NCBI GenBank assembly: GCA_963782165.1
Contig: CAWAIO010000002.1
Coordinates: forward strand, 148,298-212,297
DNA length: 64,000 nucleotides
Reading direction: 5' to 3'
DNA from: an uncultured Actinomycetota bacterium
GTDB lineage: Bacteria > Actinomycetota > Actinomycetes > Actinomycetales > Cellulomonadaceae
This document shows, in pieces, positions 1-9,700 of this stretch (position 1 is its first letter; each line of letters starts with the position of its first letter). Made by a program: the position numbers and the translations under genes. The notes under the pieces were generated by a model. The model was not told the origin of the DNA and ran no database searches. It was given only the letters and a program-made list of their open reading frames with translations.

Positions 1-739
1 AGTCGCGGTCGTGCAGCGGGGAGACCGTCGGGGACTCCAGGCCGGGCGTGAGGGCCACCGCGGCCTCGACGAGGTGCGCGGGCACGTCGTAGTCCATCAG
101 GACGTACTGACGGGCCGTGAGGACGCCCAGGAGCCGGCGCGTGAGCGTCTCCAGGCCTGCGGAGACTGCGTCGTCGCTCACCGAGGCCGGGCGGATCAGG
201 ACGGCCTCGGACTTCAGGATCGGGTCGCCGAAGACCTCCAGGCCCGCTCCGCGCAGGGTCGTGCCCGTGGAGACGACGTCCGCGACGACGTCCGCGATGC
301 CGAGCTGGACGGCGGACTCGACCGCGCCGTCCAGGTGCACGACCGAGGCCGTGACGCCGTGGGCGCGCAGGTGGTTCTCCACCAGGACCTCGTAGGACGT
401 GGCCACGCGCAGGCCCTCGACCTGGTCGAGGGAGGTGATGGTGCCCACGGGGGCCGCGTAACGGAACGTGGAGCCCGCGAAGCCGAGCTGCATGTGCTCG
501 ACGGCGTCGGCCCCCGAGTCGAGCAGCAGGTCGCGGCCCGTGATGCCGGCGTCGACCGTGCCGGTGCCCACGTAGACCGCGATGTCGCGCGGGCGCAGGA
601 AGAAGAACTCGACGTCGTTGTCCGGGTCCGCGAGCACGAGCTCACGGGTGTCGCGGCGCTGGCGGTAGCCGGCCTCGCGGAGCATGTCGACGGCGGGCTC
701 GGACAGGGAGCCCTTGTTGGGGACGGCGATGCGGAGCAC
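1..739 (-). CDS. hisG: ATP phosphoribosyltransferase (3' end runs off the window)
   Basis: Manual translation from GTG at 739 gives [14 protein letters not shown]...[11 protein letters not shown]...GITGRDLL, the HisG signature. It lies downstream of hisE and is absent from the ORF track because it is truncated. Confidence 0.95.
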   Translation of the reverse strand, partial: MLRIAVPNKGSLSEPAVDMLREAGYRQRRDTRELVLADPDNDVEFFFLRPRDIAVYVGTGTVDAGITGRDLLLDSGADAVEHMQLGFAGSTFRYAAPVGTITSLDQVEGLRVATSYEVLVENHLRAHGVTASVVHLDGAVESAVQLGIADVVADVVSTGTTLRGAGLEVFGDPILKSEAVLIRPASVSDDAVSAGLETLTRRLLGVLTARQYVLMDYDVPAHLVEAAVALTPGLESPTVSPLHDRD

Positions 740-930
740 GAGATCCTCGCGTTTCTTGGGGAGGTCGGGGAACGGGGCGGTCGGGACGACCGATCACCCG
801 GTCGGTGCGCGGGCGACGGCCGGCGCGGGGACGGACGGTGGACGACTGCGGACGACGGACATGCGTGAGGGAAGCGACCCGGGTGCCTGAGCCCCCGTGC
901 GCCTCCCCCTGGACCCGGACCTGGCCGGGC

Positions 931-1194
931 TCACAGATGCTTGTACACGTCCTGCAGGGTCAGGCCCTTGGCCAGGAGCAGCACCTGCACGTGGTACAGG
1001 AGCTGGGAGACCTCCTCGGCCGTCTTGTCGTCACCCTCGTACTCGGCCGCCATCCATACCTCGGCGGCCTCCTCGACGATCTTCTTGCCGATCGCATGGA
1101 CACCGGCATCCAGCTCCGCGACCGTGCCGGAACCGGCGGGTCGGGTGGTGGCCTTCTCGGTGAGCTCGGCGAACAGCCCTTCGAACGTCTTCAC
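931..1194 (-). CDS. hisE: phosphoribosyl-ATP diphosphatase
   Basis: [11 protein letters not shown]...[17 protein letters not shown]...EEVSQLLYH; TACCCT -10 lies 6 nt before the GTG. Confidence 0.95.
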   Translation of the reverse strand: MKTFEGLFAELTEKATTRPAGSGTVAELDAGVHAIGKKIVEEAAEVWMAAEYEGDDKTAEEVSQLLYHVQVLLLAKGLTLQDVYKHL

Positions 1195-1303
1195 CCGACC
1201 AGGGTAGTCGCCCGGTGACCGGCGGGCCCAACCGTCCCGCCCACCGGTCACCGGGCGGCCCGCGACCGGCCGGCGGGCCCGTCGACGACCCGCCGGACGA
1301 ACC

Positions 1304-1771
1304 TCAGAGGTCGCGCAGCGCGACGACGGTCGCGATCGCCGCCTCCACGGCCTCGGCCCCCTTGTCCTCGCGCGAGCCCGGCAGCCCCGCACGGTCCAGC
1401 GCCTGCTGCTCGTCGTCGCACGTGAGGACCCCGAAGCCCACCGGGACGCCCGTGCGCACCGAGACGTCCGTCAGGCCCGTGGTCGCGGCCGAGCACACGT
1501 ACTCGAAGTGCGGGGTCCCTCCGCGGATGACGACCCCGAGCGCGATCACCGCGTCCGCGCCGCGCTCGGCTGCCCGTGCCGCGGCCACGGGCAGCTCGAA
1601 CGAGCCAGGGACCCGGACCTCCTTGACGTGCGTGACGTTCGCGGCCGCGAGCGCCCGGCGGGCTCCTGCGAGGAGGCCGTCCATGACCTCGGTGTGCCAG
1701 CTGGCGGCGACCACGGTGATCCGTAGCCCGGTGCCGTCGACGGTGATCTGGGGTGCTCCTGCGCCGCTCAT
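1304..1771 (-). CDS. ribH: 6,7-dimethyl-8-ribityllumazine synthase
   Basis: MSGAGAP...VPGSFELP...[15 protein letters not shown]; ATGA overlap with the ribBA stop. Confidence 0.96.
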   Translation of the reverse strand: MSGAGAPQITVDGTGLRITVVAASWHTEVMDGLLAGARRALAAANVTHVKEVRVPGSFELPVAAARAAERGADAVIALGVVIRGGTPHFEYVCSAATTGLTDVSVRTGVPVGFGVLTCDDEQQALDRAGLPGSREDKGAEAVEAAIATVVALRDL

Positions 1772-3225
1772 CTGTCGCTCTCCTCGGTGGTGGGTGTGGT
1801 GGGTGTGGTGGGTGTGGTGGGGGCGGGCCCGGTGCCCTGCTCGGGCGTGATCTCCAGGGTGTCCAGGAGGTGGCCCATCGCGACCTTCTTGGTCATCAGG
1901 TACCCGTGGTTGTGCTCGCCGTGCCCGACCTCGAGCCGGTGGGCGTCCACGACGTCGATACCGTGCGCCGCCAGGCCCGTGACCTTGGCCGGGTTGTTCG
2001 TCAGCAGCGTGACGCGGTCCAGGCCCAGGTCGGTGAGGATCGCGGCCGCGGCCCCGTACTCGCGCCGGTCCACGGGCCAGCCGAGCTCGAGGTTGGCCTG
2101 CACGGTGTCGAAGCCCGCGTCCTGGAGCTCGTAGGCGCCGATCTTGGCGAGCAGGCCGATCCCACGGCCCTCGTGCCCGCGCAGGTACACCACGGCCCCG
2201 CCCTGGGCGGCCACACGCTCCATGGAGGCCTGCAGCTGGGGGCCGCAGTCGCAGCGCAGCGACCCGAACGCGTCCCCGGTCAGGCACTCGGAGTGCACGC
2301 GCACGAGCGGGGTCGTGCCCGCGGCGCCCGTCGCCGGGTCGGGCGCGCCTCCTCCCCCGGCGGGCACCGCCACGGGCACCAGGGCCACGTGCTCGGCCCC
2401 CGTGCGCAGGTCGCGATAGCCGTGGACGCGGAAGTGGCCGTGCGCGGTGGGCAGGTCCGCGACGCTCGTGGCCTGCACGCGCGGCGTGGTCCCCGGTCCG
2501 GTCTCCTGCTCGGGCACCACGGGGTCGTGCTCGCGGCGCCACGCGATGAGGTCCGCGATGGTGATCAGGACCAGGCCCGCCTCCGCGGCGGCGTGCGCGG
2601 CGTCGTCGAGCCGCATCATGGTGCCGTCGTCGTTGACGAGCTCGGCGATCCCCCCGACCTCGCCCACCCCGGCCAGACGCACCAGGTCGACGGCGGCCTC
2701 GGTGTGCCCGGCACGGTGCAGGACCCCGCCGGGCACGGCCCGCAGGGGCAGGACGTGCCCGGGACGGATGAGGTCGACCGATCCCGAGGCCGGGTCGGCC
2801 AGGACGTGCAGGGTCCGGGCCCGGTCGGCCGCCGAGATGCCCGTGGTCACGCCCGTGGCCGCGTCCACGGTGACCGTGTACGCCGTGCGTCGCGGGTCCT
2901 GGCTGTGGGGGACCATGAGAGGCAGGTCCAGGGCGTCGGCGCGCGCGGCCGGCATGGGCGCGCACAGGTAGCCCGAGGAGTGGCGGATCGTCCACGCGAC
3001 CCACTCGGGGGTCACGCTGCGGGCCGCGAAGATCACGTCGGCCTCGTTCTCACGGTCCGGGGAGTCGGCGACCAGGACGGGGCGTCCCGCGCGGATCGCG
3101 TCCAGCGCCTCCTCGATCGTGCCGGTGCGCACGGGGTCCACGTGCGGGCCCGCGACAGGGACAGCAGGGACGGCGGGTTCGGCGGCGCGGTGGCTTCCCG
3201 GGACGGTGTTCATGGCGGTGCTCAT
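1768..3225 (-). CDS. ribBA: bifunctional DHBP synthase / GTP cyclohydrolase II
   Basis: [42 protein letters not shown] and GHEGRGIGL motifs. Confidence 0.96.
   Translation of the reverse strand: MSTAMNTVPGSHRAAEPAVPAVPVAGPHVDPVRTGTIEEALDAIRAGRPVLVADSPDRENEADVIFAARSVTPEWVAWTIRHSSGYLCAPMPAARADALDLPLMVPHSQDPRRTAYTVTVDAATGVTTGISAADRARTLHVLADPASGSVDLIRPGHVLPLRAVPGGVLHRAGHTEAAVDLVRLAGVGEVGGIAELVNDDGTMMRLDDAAHAAAEAGLVLITIADLIAWRREHDPVVPEQETGPGTTPRVQATSVADLPTAHGHFRVHGYRDLRTGAEHVALVPVAVPAGGGGAPDPATGAAGTTPLVRVHSECLTGDAFGSLRCDCGPQLQASMERVAAQGGAVVYLRGHEGRGIGLLAKIGAYELQDAGFDTVQANLELGWPVDRREYGAAAAILTDLGLDRVTLLTNNPAKVTGLAAHGIDVVDAHRLEVGHGEHNHGYLMTKKVAMGHLLDTLEITPEQGTGPAPTTPTTPTTPTTEESDR
1786..1822. repeat. 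9-bp tandem repeat (GGTGTGGTG) x about 4, encoding (PTT)4 at the RibBA C-terminus
   Basis: ggtggtgggtgtggtgggtgtggtgggtgtggtgggg read directly. Confidence 0.85.
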
Positions 3226-3905
3226 TCCTGTGCTGCGCTCGTGCCGAGCAGGTCGGCGGCGGTCGAGGGGGTCCCCGCACCCGGGGCGCCGTCCCCGTGG
3301 GGCGCGCGGGCGCCGAGCAGGCGCTCGACGTACTTCGCGATCACGTCGACCTCGAGGTTGACCCGGTCCCCCGGCACGAGCGATCCCAGGATCGTGGCCT
3401 CGAGCGTGGTGGGGATCAGGGAGACCCCGAACGTCGAGGGGCCCACGTGCGTCACGGTCAGGGAGACGCCGCTGACCGTGATCGAGCCCTTCTCCGCGAC
3501 GTAGCGGGTCAGACCCGCGGGCGCGGACAGGACCAGGTCGTCCCACCGCGCGCCGGGCGTGCGGCTCACCAGCTCGCCGACGCCGTCGACGTGGCCCTGG
3601 ACGATGTGCCCGCCCAGACGCGTGTCGGCGCGCACGGCCCGCTCGAGGTTCACGGGCGAGCCCGCGGCCAGGTCGCCGAGCGCGGTGCGGCGCAGCGACT
3701 CGGGCATCACGTCGGCCGTGAACGTGCCGTCCTGCCCTACACCCGTCACGGTCAGGCACACGCCGTTGACCGCGATCGAGTCGCCCAGGTGCGCGTCCGA
3801 GGTGGCCAGGGGTCCGTGCACGGTCAGTACCGCGTCGGACTCCTGTCCGCCCGGGAACGCGATCTCGCGGACCGTACCGATCTCTTCGACGATTCCGGTG
3901 AACAT
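3222..3905 (-). CDS. ribE: riboflavin synthase
   Basis: MFTGIVEE N-terminus, GDSIAVNGVCLT, GGHIVQGHVD, VNLEVD. Confidence 0.96.
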   Translation of the reverse strand: MFTGIVEEIGTVREIAFPGGQESDAVLTVHGPLATSDAHLGDSIAVNGVCLTVTGVGQDGTFTADVMPESLRRTALGDLAAGSPVNLERAVRADTRLGGHIVQGHVDGVGELVSRTPGARWDDLVLSAPAGLTRYVAEKGSITVSGVSLTVTHVGPSTFGVSLIPTTLEATILGSLVPGDRVNLEVDVIAKYVERLLGARAPHGDGAPGAGTPSTAADLLGTSAAQE

Positions 3906-5182
3906 CAGCTCTCCTGTTCGGGGGTGGTGCGGGGGACGGTGCTCGGCAGACGTGCGGACACGGGGGGCGAGGCGCGGGCCACGACCAGGACGTCCTCGCC
4001 CAGGCGGCGCACGTCGTGCGTGACGAAGCGGGGAGCGCCCGCGAGCGTGGTCACGCCCAGGTCGCCCACCGACCCCAGGCCCGCCCCCAGCAGCACGGGC
4101 GCCAGGTAGGCGTGGATCTCGTCGACGACCCCGGCCACGAGGAACGCGGTCGCCAGGCCGGGCCCGCCCTCGACCAGGACGTGACGCACCTCGCGCGCGC
4201 CCAGGTCGGCCAGCACGGCCCGCACGTCGCGCGTGCGCAGGTGCAGCACCGGCCCACCGCCGTCGGCGGTCCAGGCCCCGCCCGGCGCGAGCCGCACGTG
4301 CGCAGGAAGGTCACGGAGCCCGACGACGACTCTCACCGGTTGATGGTCAGCAAGCCCGGGCTCCAGCCCGACCACCCCACCAGCGACTCTCACCGGTTGA
4401 TGGTCAGCAAGCCCGGGCTCCAGCCCGACCACCCGCTCGCCGCCGGGGGCGGCGCTCGCGGGCGAGGCGACGGTGGTGCGCGCCGTGAGAGACGGGTCGT
4501 CGGCCACGACCGTGCCGGTGCCCACGAGGATCGCGTCGACCTGCGCGCGCACCCGGTGGGCGTGCTCGCGCGCGGCCGGTCCGGTGATCCACTGCGAGGT
4601 GCCGTCCGCCGCGGCGACGCGCCCGTCCAGGGTCGAGGCGAGCTTGAGGGTCACGTACGGGCTCCCTCGGCGCACCGCGACCAGCCACGGGCCGAGCAGC
4701 CGTTCGCCCTCGGCCTCGCGCAGCCCCGCGGCGACGCGGACGCCGGCCGCGCGCAGTCGCTCGCCTCCCCCGGTGGCGACGGGGTTCGGGTCGCCCACGG
4801 CGTAGACGACCTCGGCCACGCCCGCGTCCAGCAGCGCCTGCGCGCACGGCCCGGTGCGCCCGGTGTGGTTGCACGGCTCGAGCGTGACCACGGCCGTCGC
4901 GCCGCGCACGTCCACGCCGCGCGCACGTGCGTCGGCCAGGGCCGCGGCCTCGGCGTGCGCGGTGCCCGCTCCCTGGTGGAAGCCCTCCGCGAGCAGCGCC
5001 CGGGGTGCGTCGTCCACGGGGCCGCGCGCGGCGGCGTCGGGCAGGGAGTCCAGCGGGCGGGGCGCGGGCCCCAGCACGACACAGCCCACGCGCGGGTTGG
5101 GGCCGTGCGCCGGACCGCGCGCGGCCAGCTCGAGCGCGCGCACCATCGCGGCGTCGATCGTCAGGGTGGGCCTGGCGCCCAT
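3905..5182 (-). CDS. ribD: riboflavin biosynthesis deaminase/reductase
   Basis: PNPRVGCV, HAE, TLEPCNHTGRTGPC, SQWITG, EGG; SD GGAGGAGG before ATG 5182. Confidence 0.95.
   Translation of the reverse strand: MGARPTLTIDAAMVRALELAARGPAHGPNPRVGCVVLGPAPRPLDSLPDAAARGPVDDAPRALLAEGFHQGAGTAHAEAAALADARARGVDVRGATAVVTLEPCNHTGRTGPCAQALLDAGVAEVVYAVGDPNPVATGGGERLRAAGVRVAAGLREAEGERLLGPWLVAVRRGSPYVTLKLASTLDGRVAAADGTSQWITGPAAREHAHRVRAQVDAILVGTGTVVADDPSLTARTTVASPASAAPGGERVVGLEPGLADHQPVRVAGGVVGLEPGLADHQPVRVVVGLRDLPAHVRLAPGGAWTADGGGPVLHLRTRDVRAVLADLGAREVRHVLVEGGPGLATAFLVAGVVDEIHAYLAPVLLGAGLGSVGDLGVTTLAGAPRFVTHDVRRLGEDVLVVARASPPVSARLPSTVPRTTPEQES
4327..4434. repeat. identical 51-bp direct repeat with 57-bp period, in frame inside ribD
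   Basis: Copies at 4327-4377 and 4384-4434; the peptide VVGLEPGLADHQPVRV occurs twice. Confidence 0.92.
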
Positions 5183-5299
5183 ACGTCCTCCTCCCGGTGA
5201 GCACGACGCTCCGGGGTGAGGGGTGGCGGACGCCGCGGGACCCGAGGGTCCACGGACGTCACGGCACCACGGCACAGGGCTCCGCCCCGCGCCGCCACG

Positions 5300-5418
5300 T
5301 ACTTCCTCCCATCCGGACTTTCACCGTCGGTCCTGGAGTTCCACCAGGTCAACCACGCCGAGGCGCGGGTCGCGGACTGTCACCGCCGGCTCGGAATTAC
5401 ACCGACCCCGGAGCACGT
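5300..5418 (-). ncRNA. FMN riboswitch (RFN element)
   Basis: Minus strand GUGCUCCGGGGUCGGUGUAAUUCCGAGCCGGCGGUGACAGUCCGCGA...GACCUGGUGGAACUCCAGGACCGACGGUGAAAGUCCGGAUGGGAGGAAG matches the RFN consensus and lies upstream of ribD. Confidence 0.97.
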
Positions 5419-5572
5419 GTGTGCGTACTGCTCATGCTGTCGAGCCCGGACCTCGCCCACCGAAGGTGCGCGCCGGGCCCGGCTTCTCGTCTCCACCCAG
5501 CATGCCACACCGGCGTCGGGCGGCGGGCACGCGGGCCGGCCCGTCCCGCGGGCTGGACCGATGTGAACGACG

Positions 5573-6236
5573 TCAGTGCGCGTGGCCCTCCGCGAGCGCC
5601 CGCAGGGCCGCGATCTCCTCGGGGATGTTCTCCGCCCCGTAGACCGCCGAGCCCGCGACGAACACGTTGGCGCCGGCCTCGGCCGCGCGCTCGATCGTGG
5701 CGCGCGAGACGCCGCCGTCGACCTGGATCCACACGTCGAGGCCGGCCTCGGAGACGGCGTCGCGGATGCGGCGGATCTTGGGCAGCGTGCCCTCGAGGAA
5801 GGGCTGCCCGCCGAAGCCCGGCTCGACCGTCATGACCAGGAGCATGTCGAACTCGGGCAGCAGGTCCAGGAACGGCTCGACCGACGTGGTGGGGCGCAGC
5901 GCGAGGCCCGCGCGCGAGCCCAGGCGGCGCAGCTCGCGTGCCAGGCGCACGGGGGCCGTGGCGGCCTCGGCGTGGAAGGTGACGGACGCGGCGCCGGCCT
6001 CGGCGTAGCCGGGGGCCCAGCGGTCCGGGTCGGCGATCATCAGGTGCGCGTCGATCGGCACCGGGCGACACCTGGGCCAGGCGTTCGAAGACCGGCAGCC
6101 CCAGGGTCAGGTTGGGCACGAAGTGGTTGTCCATCACGTCGACGTGCGCGTAGTCGGCGGTCGCGATCGCGCCCAGGTCGCGCTCGAGGTTCGCGAAGTC
6201 GGCGGACAGGATGCTGGGGGCGATGAGTGCGGACAT
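5573..6236 (-). CDS. rpe: ribulose-phosphate 3-epimerase (apparent frameshift near 6062)
   Basis: [24 protein letters not shown] in one frame; [25 protein letters not shown] in another. Confidence 0.93.
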
Positions 6237-6333
6237 GGGCACCAGCCTAGAGGGCGCCCGCTGCGCGTGCGGAGACGCGGAAGGGCCGGTCCGGGTGGCC
6301 CTCACCACCCGGACCGGCCGGGGACGCCAGCGC

Positions 6334-7957
6334 TCAGGCCCGACGGCGCAGCAGCGTCAGGTGCATCGCGTCGGTCCCGTGGACGTGCGGCCAGCAGCTG
6401 CACGTCGGTGCGGTCCGCGAGGGGGATGTCGTCCCCGGCGACCTGCCGCACGGCCGCGGCCGCGTCGAGCACCTCGACGTCGTCGCGCCCGGCCAGGACG
6501 TCCTTGACCACGAGCTGGGTCTCCGCCAGGTGCGGGGAGCACGTGACGTACCCGACGACGCCGCCCGGGCGCACCGCGTCCAGGGCCGAGCCGAGCAGCT
6601 CGCGCTGCAGCGTCGTGAGGGTCGCGATGTCGCCGGGGGTGCGGCGCCAGCGCGACTCGGGGCGCCGGCGCAGCGCCCCCAGACCGGTGCAGGGCGCGTC
6701 GACCAGGACGCGGTCGTACGCGCCGGGCTCCTCGACCCCCACCCGGCGCCCGTCGCCGACCTGCACGCGCTCGACCGCGTCCGCGGGCACGGCCGCGAGC
6801 GCCTGCTCGACCAGGCGGGCCCGGTGCGGGGCGAGCTCGTTCGCGACGATGCGCGCGCCCTGCTCGCCCGCGAGGGACGCCAGGAGCGCGGCCTTGCCGC
6901 CGGGGCCGGCGCACAGGTCGAGCCAGCGCTCGTCGGGGTTGGCGGGGCCGTCGGAGGTCTCGGCCCCCGGACCGCCGGCGCCCGTGCGTCCTGCCGGCTG
7001 CGTGGGCGTGGCCGCGAACGCGAGCGTCACGAGCTGGCTGCCCTCGTCCTGGACGCCTGCGGCCCCGTGGCGGACCGCGGGGATAGCGGCCGGGTCCGAG
7101 CCGGACAGGACCAGGGCCGTGGGCGCCCAGCGCCCGGGCGACGTGGTGGCGTCCCCGCGCACGTCGTGCGTGACCTCGCGCGCGAGGCGCTCGCGGCCGA
7201 CCAGGCCGGGGCGCGCCACGAGCGTCACCCGGGGTGCGGTGTTGTCGGCCTCGAGCAGCTCGGCCAGGTCGTCGGCCGAGCGCCCCGTGCCGACCAGGGC
7301 CTCGCGCATGGCGCGCGCGATCCACACGGGGTGGGACTGGGTGATCGCGAGGCGCGTGACGTCGTCGGGCGCGTCCGCGGAGATGGCCTCGAGCCACTCC
7401 TCGAGGGTCGAGCGTGAGATCTTGCGCAGGACCGCGTTGACGAACTGGGCGCTGCCCGCCCCGGCGCGGGCGCGGGCCAGGCCCACGGTCTCCGAGACGG
7501 CCGCGTGCTGGGCCACGCGCATGCCCAGGAGCTGGTGGGCACCCAGGCGCAGGAGGTCGAGCACGTTCGGGTCGACCTGGTCGAGCGGGCGGTCCACGCA
7601 GCGGGAGATGATCGCGTCGTAGCGCCCGCGCAGGCGCAGGGTGCCGTAGGCGAGCTCGGTCGCGAAGGCCGCGTCGCGCCCGCGGATGCCGCGCACACGC
7701 AGCAGGGGCGGCAGGACGAGGTTCGCGTAGGCGTCGGAGGACGCGACCTCCTGCAGGACGTCGAACGCGACGTTGCGCGCGGGGTCGCTCACCTTGGCGC
7801 GCTGGGAGGGAGCCGACTCCGACCGCTGGCCCGCGCCCCGGGCGCGGGCAGCGCCCCGCTCGCGCCCCTGGGCGTCGCGCCGGTCGCCGCCGGACCGGTC
7901 GGGTCCGGTGCCCCCGCCGCGCTGGGGGCTTCCGGGGGTGCGTGCCTCGCCGCTCAT
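6334..7957 (-). CDS. rsmB: RsmB/Sun family RNA m5C methyltransferase with NusB-like N-domain (apparent +1 indel near 6394)
   Basis: [22 protein letters not shown] and YVTCS. The conserved C-terminus [12 protein letters not shown] is restored by removing one base, with a stop at 6334. Confidence 0.9.
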
Positions 7958-8907
7958 GCGTGGTCCTTCGTGTCGTCGGGGGTCCCCAGGACGACGTGGT
8001 CGTCCAGGCGGGCGCCGCGGGCCCAGTCGGTCGCGGCCATGTGCTTCTTGCCCACGGGGGCGACCTCGCCGAGCGCGACCGCGTGCGTGCCGGTTCCCAC
8101 GAGGACCTCGCGCTTGGTGGTGCGCAGCTCGCCGGGTGCCAGGTCCGCCACCTCGGGGCGCGGCGTGACAGGTCCGAGGCCCAGTCGGGCGCCGCCCGGC
8201 AGCGTGGTCCAGGCGCCGGGGGCGGGCGTGCAGCCACGCACCTGACGGTCGATCGCGAGCGCCGGGTGGGTCCAGCGCACGTGCGCGTCCTCGGGGGTCA
8301 GCTTCGCGGCCGTGCTGATGCCCTCGGCGGGCTGGGCGACCGGGGAGGCGGCGCCGTCCTCGATCGCGTCGAGGGTGGCCACGAGCAGGCCGGCTCCCGA
8401 GGTCGCGAGCCGTGCCAGGAGGTCACCCGCGGTGTCGCGGGGACGGATGGTCTCGGTCATGGTGCCCAGCACGGGCCCCGTGTCCAGCCCTTCCTCGATG
8501 AGGAACGTCGTGGCGCCGGTGACCTCGTCGCCTGCGATGATCGCGCGCTGCACCGGGGCTGCGCCGCGCCAGGCGGGAAGCACCGAGAAGTGCAGGTTGA
8601 CCCAGCCGTTGGGGGGCACGTCGAGCACCTCGCGGCGCAGGATCTGCCCGTAGGCGACGACGGGCGCGCAGTCGATCTCCAGGGCCTGGAGCCGGGCGAC
8701 GAACTCCTGCCCACGGGGCAGGTCGGTGATGACCGGGATCCCGGCCGCCTCGGCTCGGACCCGGACGGGGCTGGGGGTCAGCCTGCGCCCGCGGCCCGAC
8801 GGCGCGTCGGCACGGGTGAGGACGGCGACCACCTCGTGCCGGGAGTCGATCAGGGCATCGAGGGCCGGGACGGCCGCTTCCGGGGTTCCGGCGAAGAGCA
8901 CACGCAT
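7954..8907 (-). CDS. fmt: methionyl-tRNA formyltransferase
   Basis: [31 protein letters not shown]. Confidence 0.96.
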   Translation of the reverse strand: MRVLFAGTPEAAVPALDALIDSRHEVVAVLTRADAPSGRGRRLTPSPVRVRAEAAGIPVITDLPRGQEFVARLQALEIDCAPVVAYGQILRREVLDVPPNGWVNLHFSVLPAWRGAAPVQRAIIAGDEVTGATTFLIEEGLDTGPVLGTMTETIRPRDTAGDLLARLATSGAGLLVATLDAIEDGAASPVAQPAEGISTAAKLTPEDAHVRWTHPALAIDRQVRGCTPAPGAWTTLPGGARLGLGPVTPRPEVADLAPGELRTTKREVLVGTGTHAVALGEVAPVGKKHMAATDWARGARLDDHVVLGTPDDTKDHA

Positions 8908-9028
8908 GGGGCGAGTCTAGGCGGTGCACCCCTGCAGGCAGGGACGACGGCGCCCTGCGGGCGGGCCTCACCGGGCGACACGCGGGGCCCGGTGAGCCGT
9001 CAGCGCCCGGTCCGGGGCAGGGCGCCGA

Positions 9029-9700
9029 TCAGGCCGCGGCGACCTGGACGCCGAGCTCTCGCAGCCTCGCGCGCAGCCCCGCGACGTGCTCGAAGCGCAG
9101 CGTCCGGAACCCCAGCTCTCCGGCGGTCGTGACGTTCGCCACGGAGTCGTCGACGAAGAGCGTGCGCGCGGGGTCCAGGGCGAAGCGCTCCGCCGCGACC
9201 TCGAAGATGCGCGGGTCCGGCTTGATCAGCCCCACGCGCCCCGAGACCAGGACGTCCTCCATGAGCCCGACCGCCGGGGCGGCGGGCTCGGCCTCGTGGA
9301 ACATCTCCGCGGACCAGTTCGTCAGCCCGTACAGCCGGACGCCGAGGGCATGCAGCTCACGTACGACCTCCTCGGTGCCGGGCACGGGACCCACGAGGCT
9401 CGCCGCGAAGTTCTCGGTGTACACGTCGAGCGTGCTCACGTGCTCGGGGTGGTGCTCGGCGAGCTCGCGGCGGGCGTCCGTCCAGGACCGGCCCGCGTCC
9501 TGGCGCGCGTTGAAGGTGGGGAAGTCGACGGCGTCGAAGAACGCCTCGACGTCGGCACGGGCCATGCGTCCCTCGTAGGCCGCGTACGGGTCCCACGTCA
9601 CCAGGACGTTGCCGAAGTCGAAGAGCACGGTGTCGATCGCGGGGGCGGACGCACTCTCCCCGGGGGTGCCGCTCGGGGGCGCGGGCGCGGTGGGGTTCAC
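9029..9700 (-). CDS. HAD-superfamily hydrolase
   Basis: LFDFGNVL, LTNW, KPDPRIF, FVDD; GTGA overlap with the priA stop. Confidence 0.88.
   Translation of the reverse strand: MNPTAPAPPSGTPGESASAPAIDTVLFDFGNVLVTWDPYAAYEGRMARADVEAFFDAVDFPTFNARQDAGRSWTDARRELAEHHPEHVSTLDVYTENFAASLVGPVPGTEEVVRELHALGVRLYGLTNWSAEMFHEAEPAAPAVGLMEDVLVSGRVGLIKPDPRIFEVAAERFALDPARTLFVDDSVANVTTAGELGFRTLRFEHVAGLRARLRELGVQVAAA

Noticed and set aside
740-930. His leader peptide or ncRNA between hisE and hisG
   Set aside because: No His-codon run or recognisable structure; low-complexity spacer
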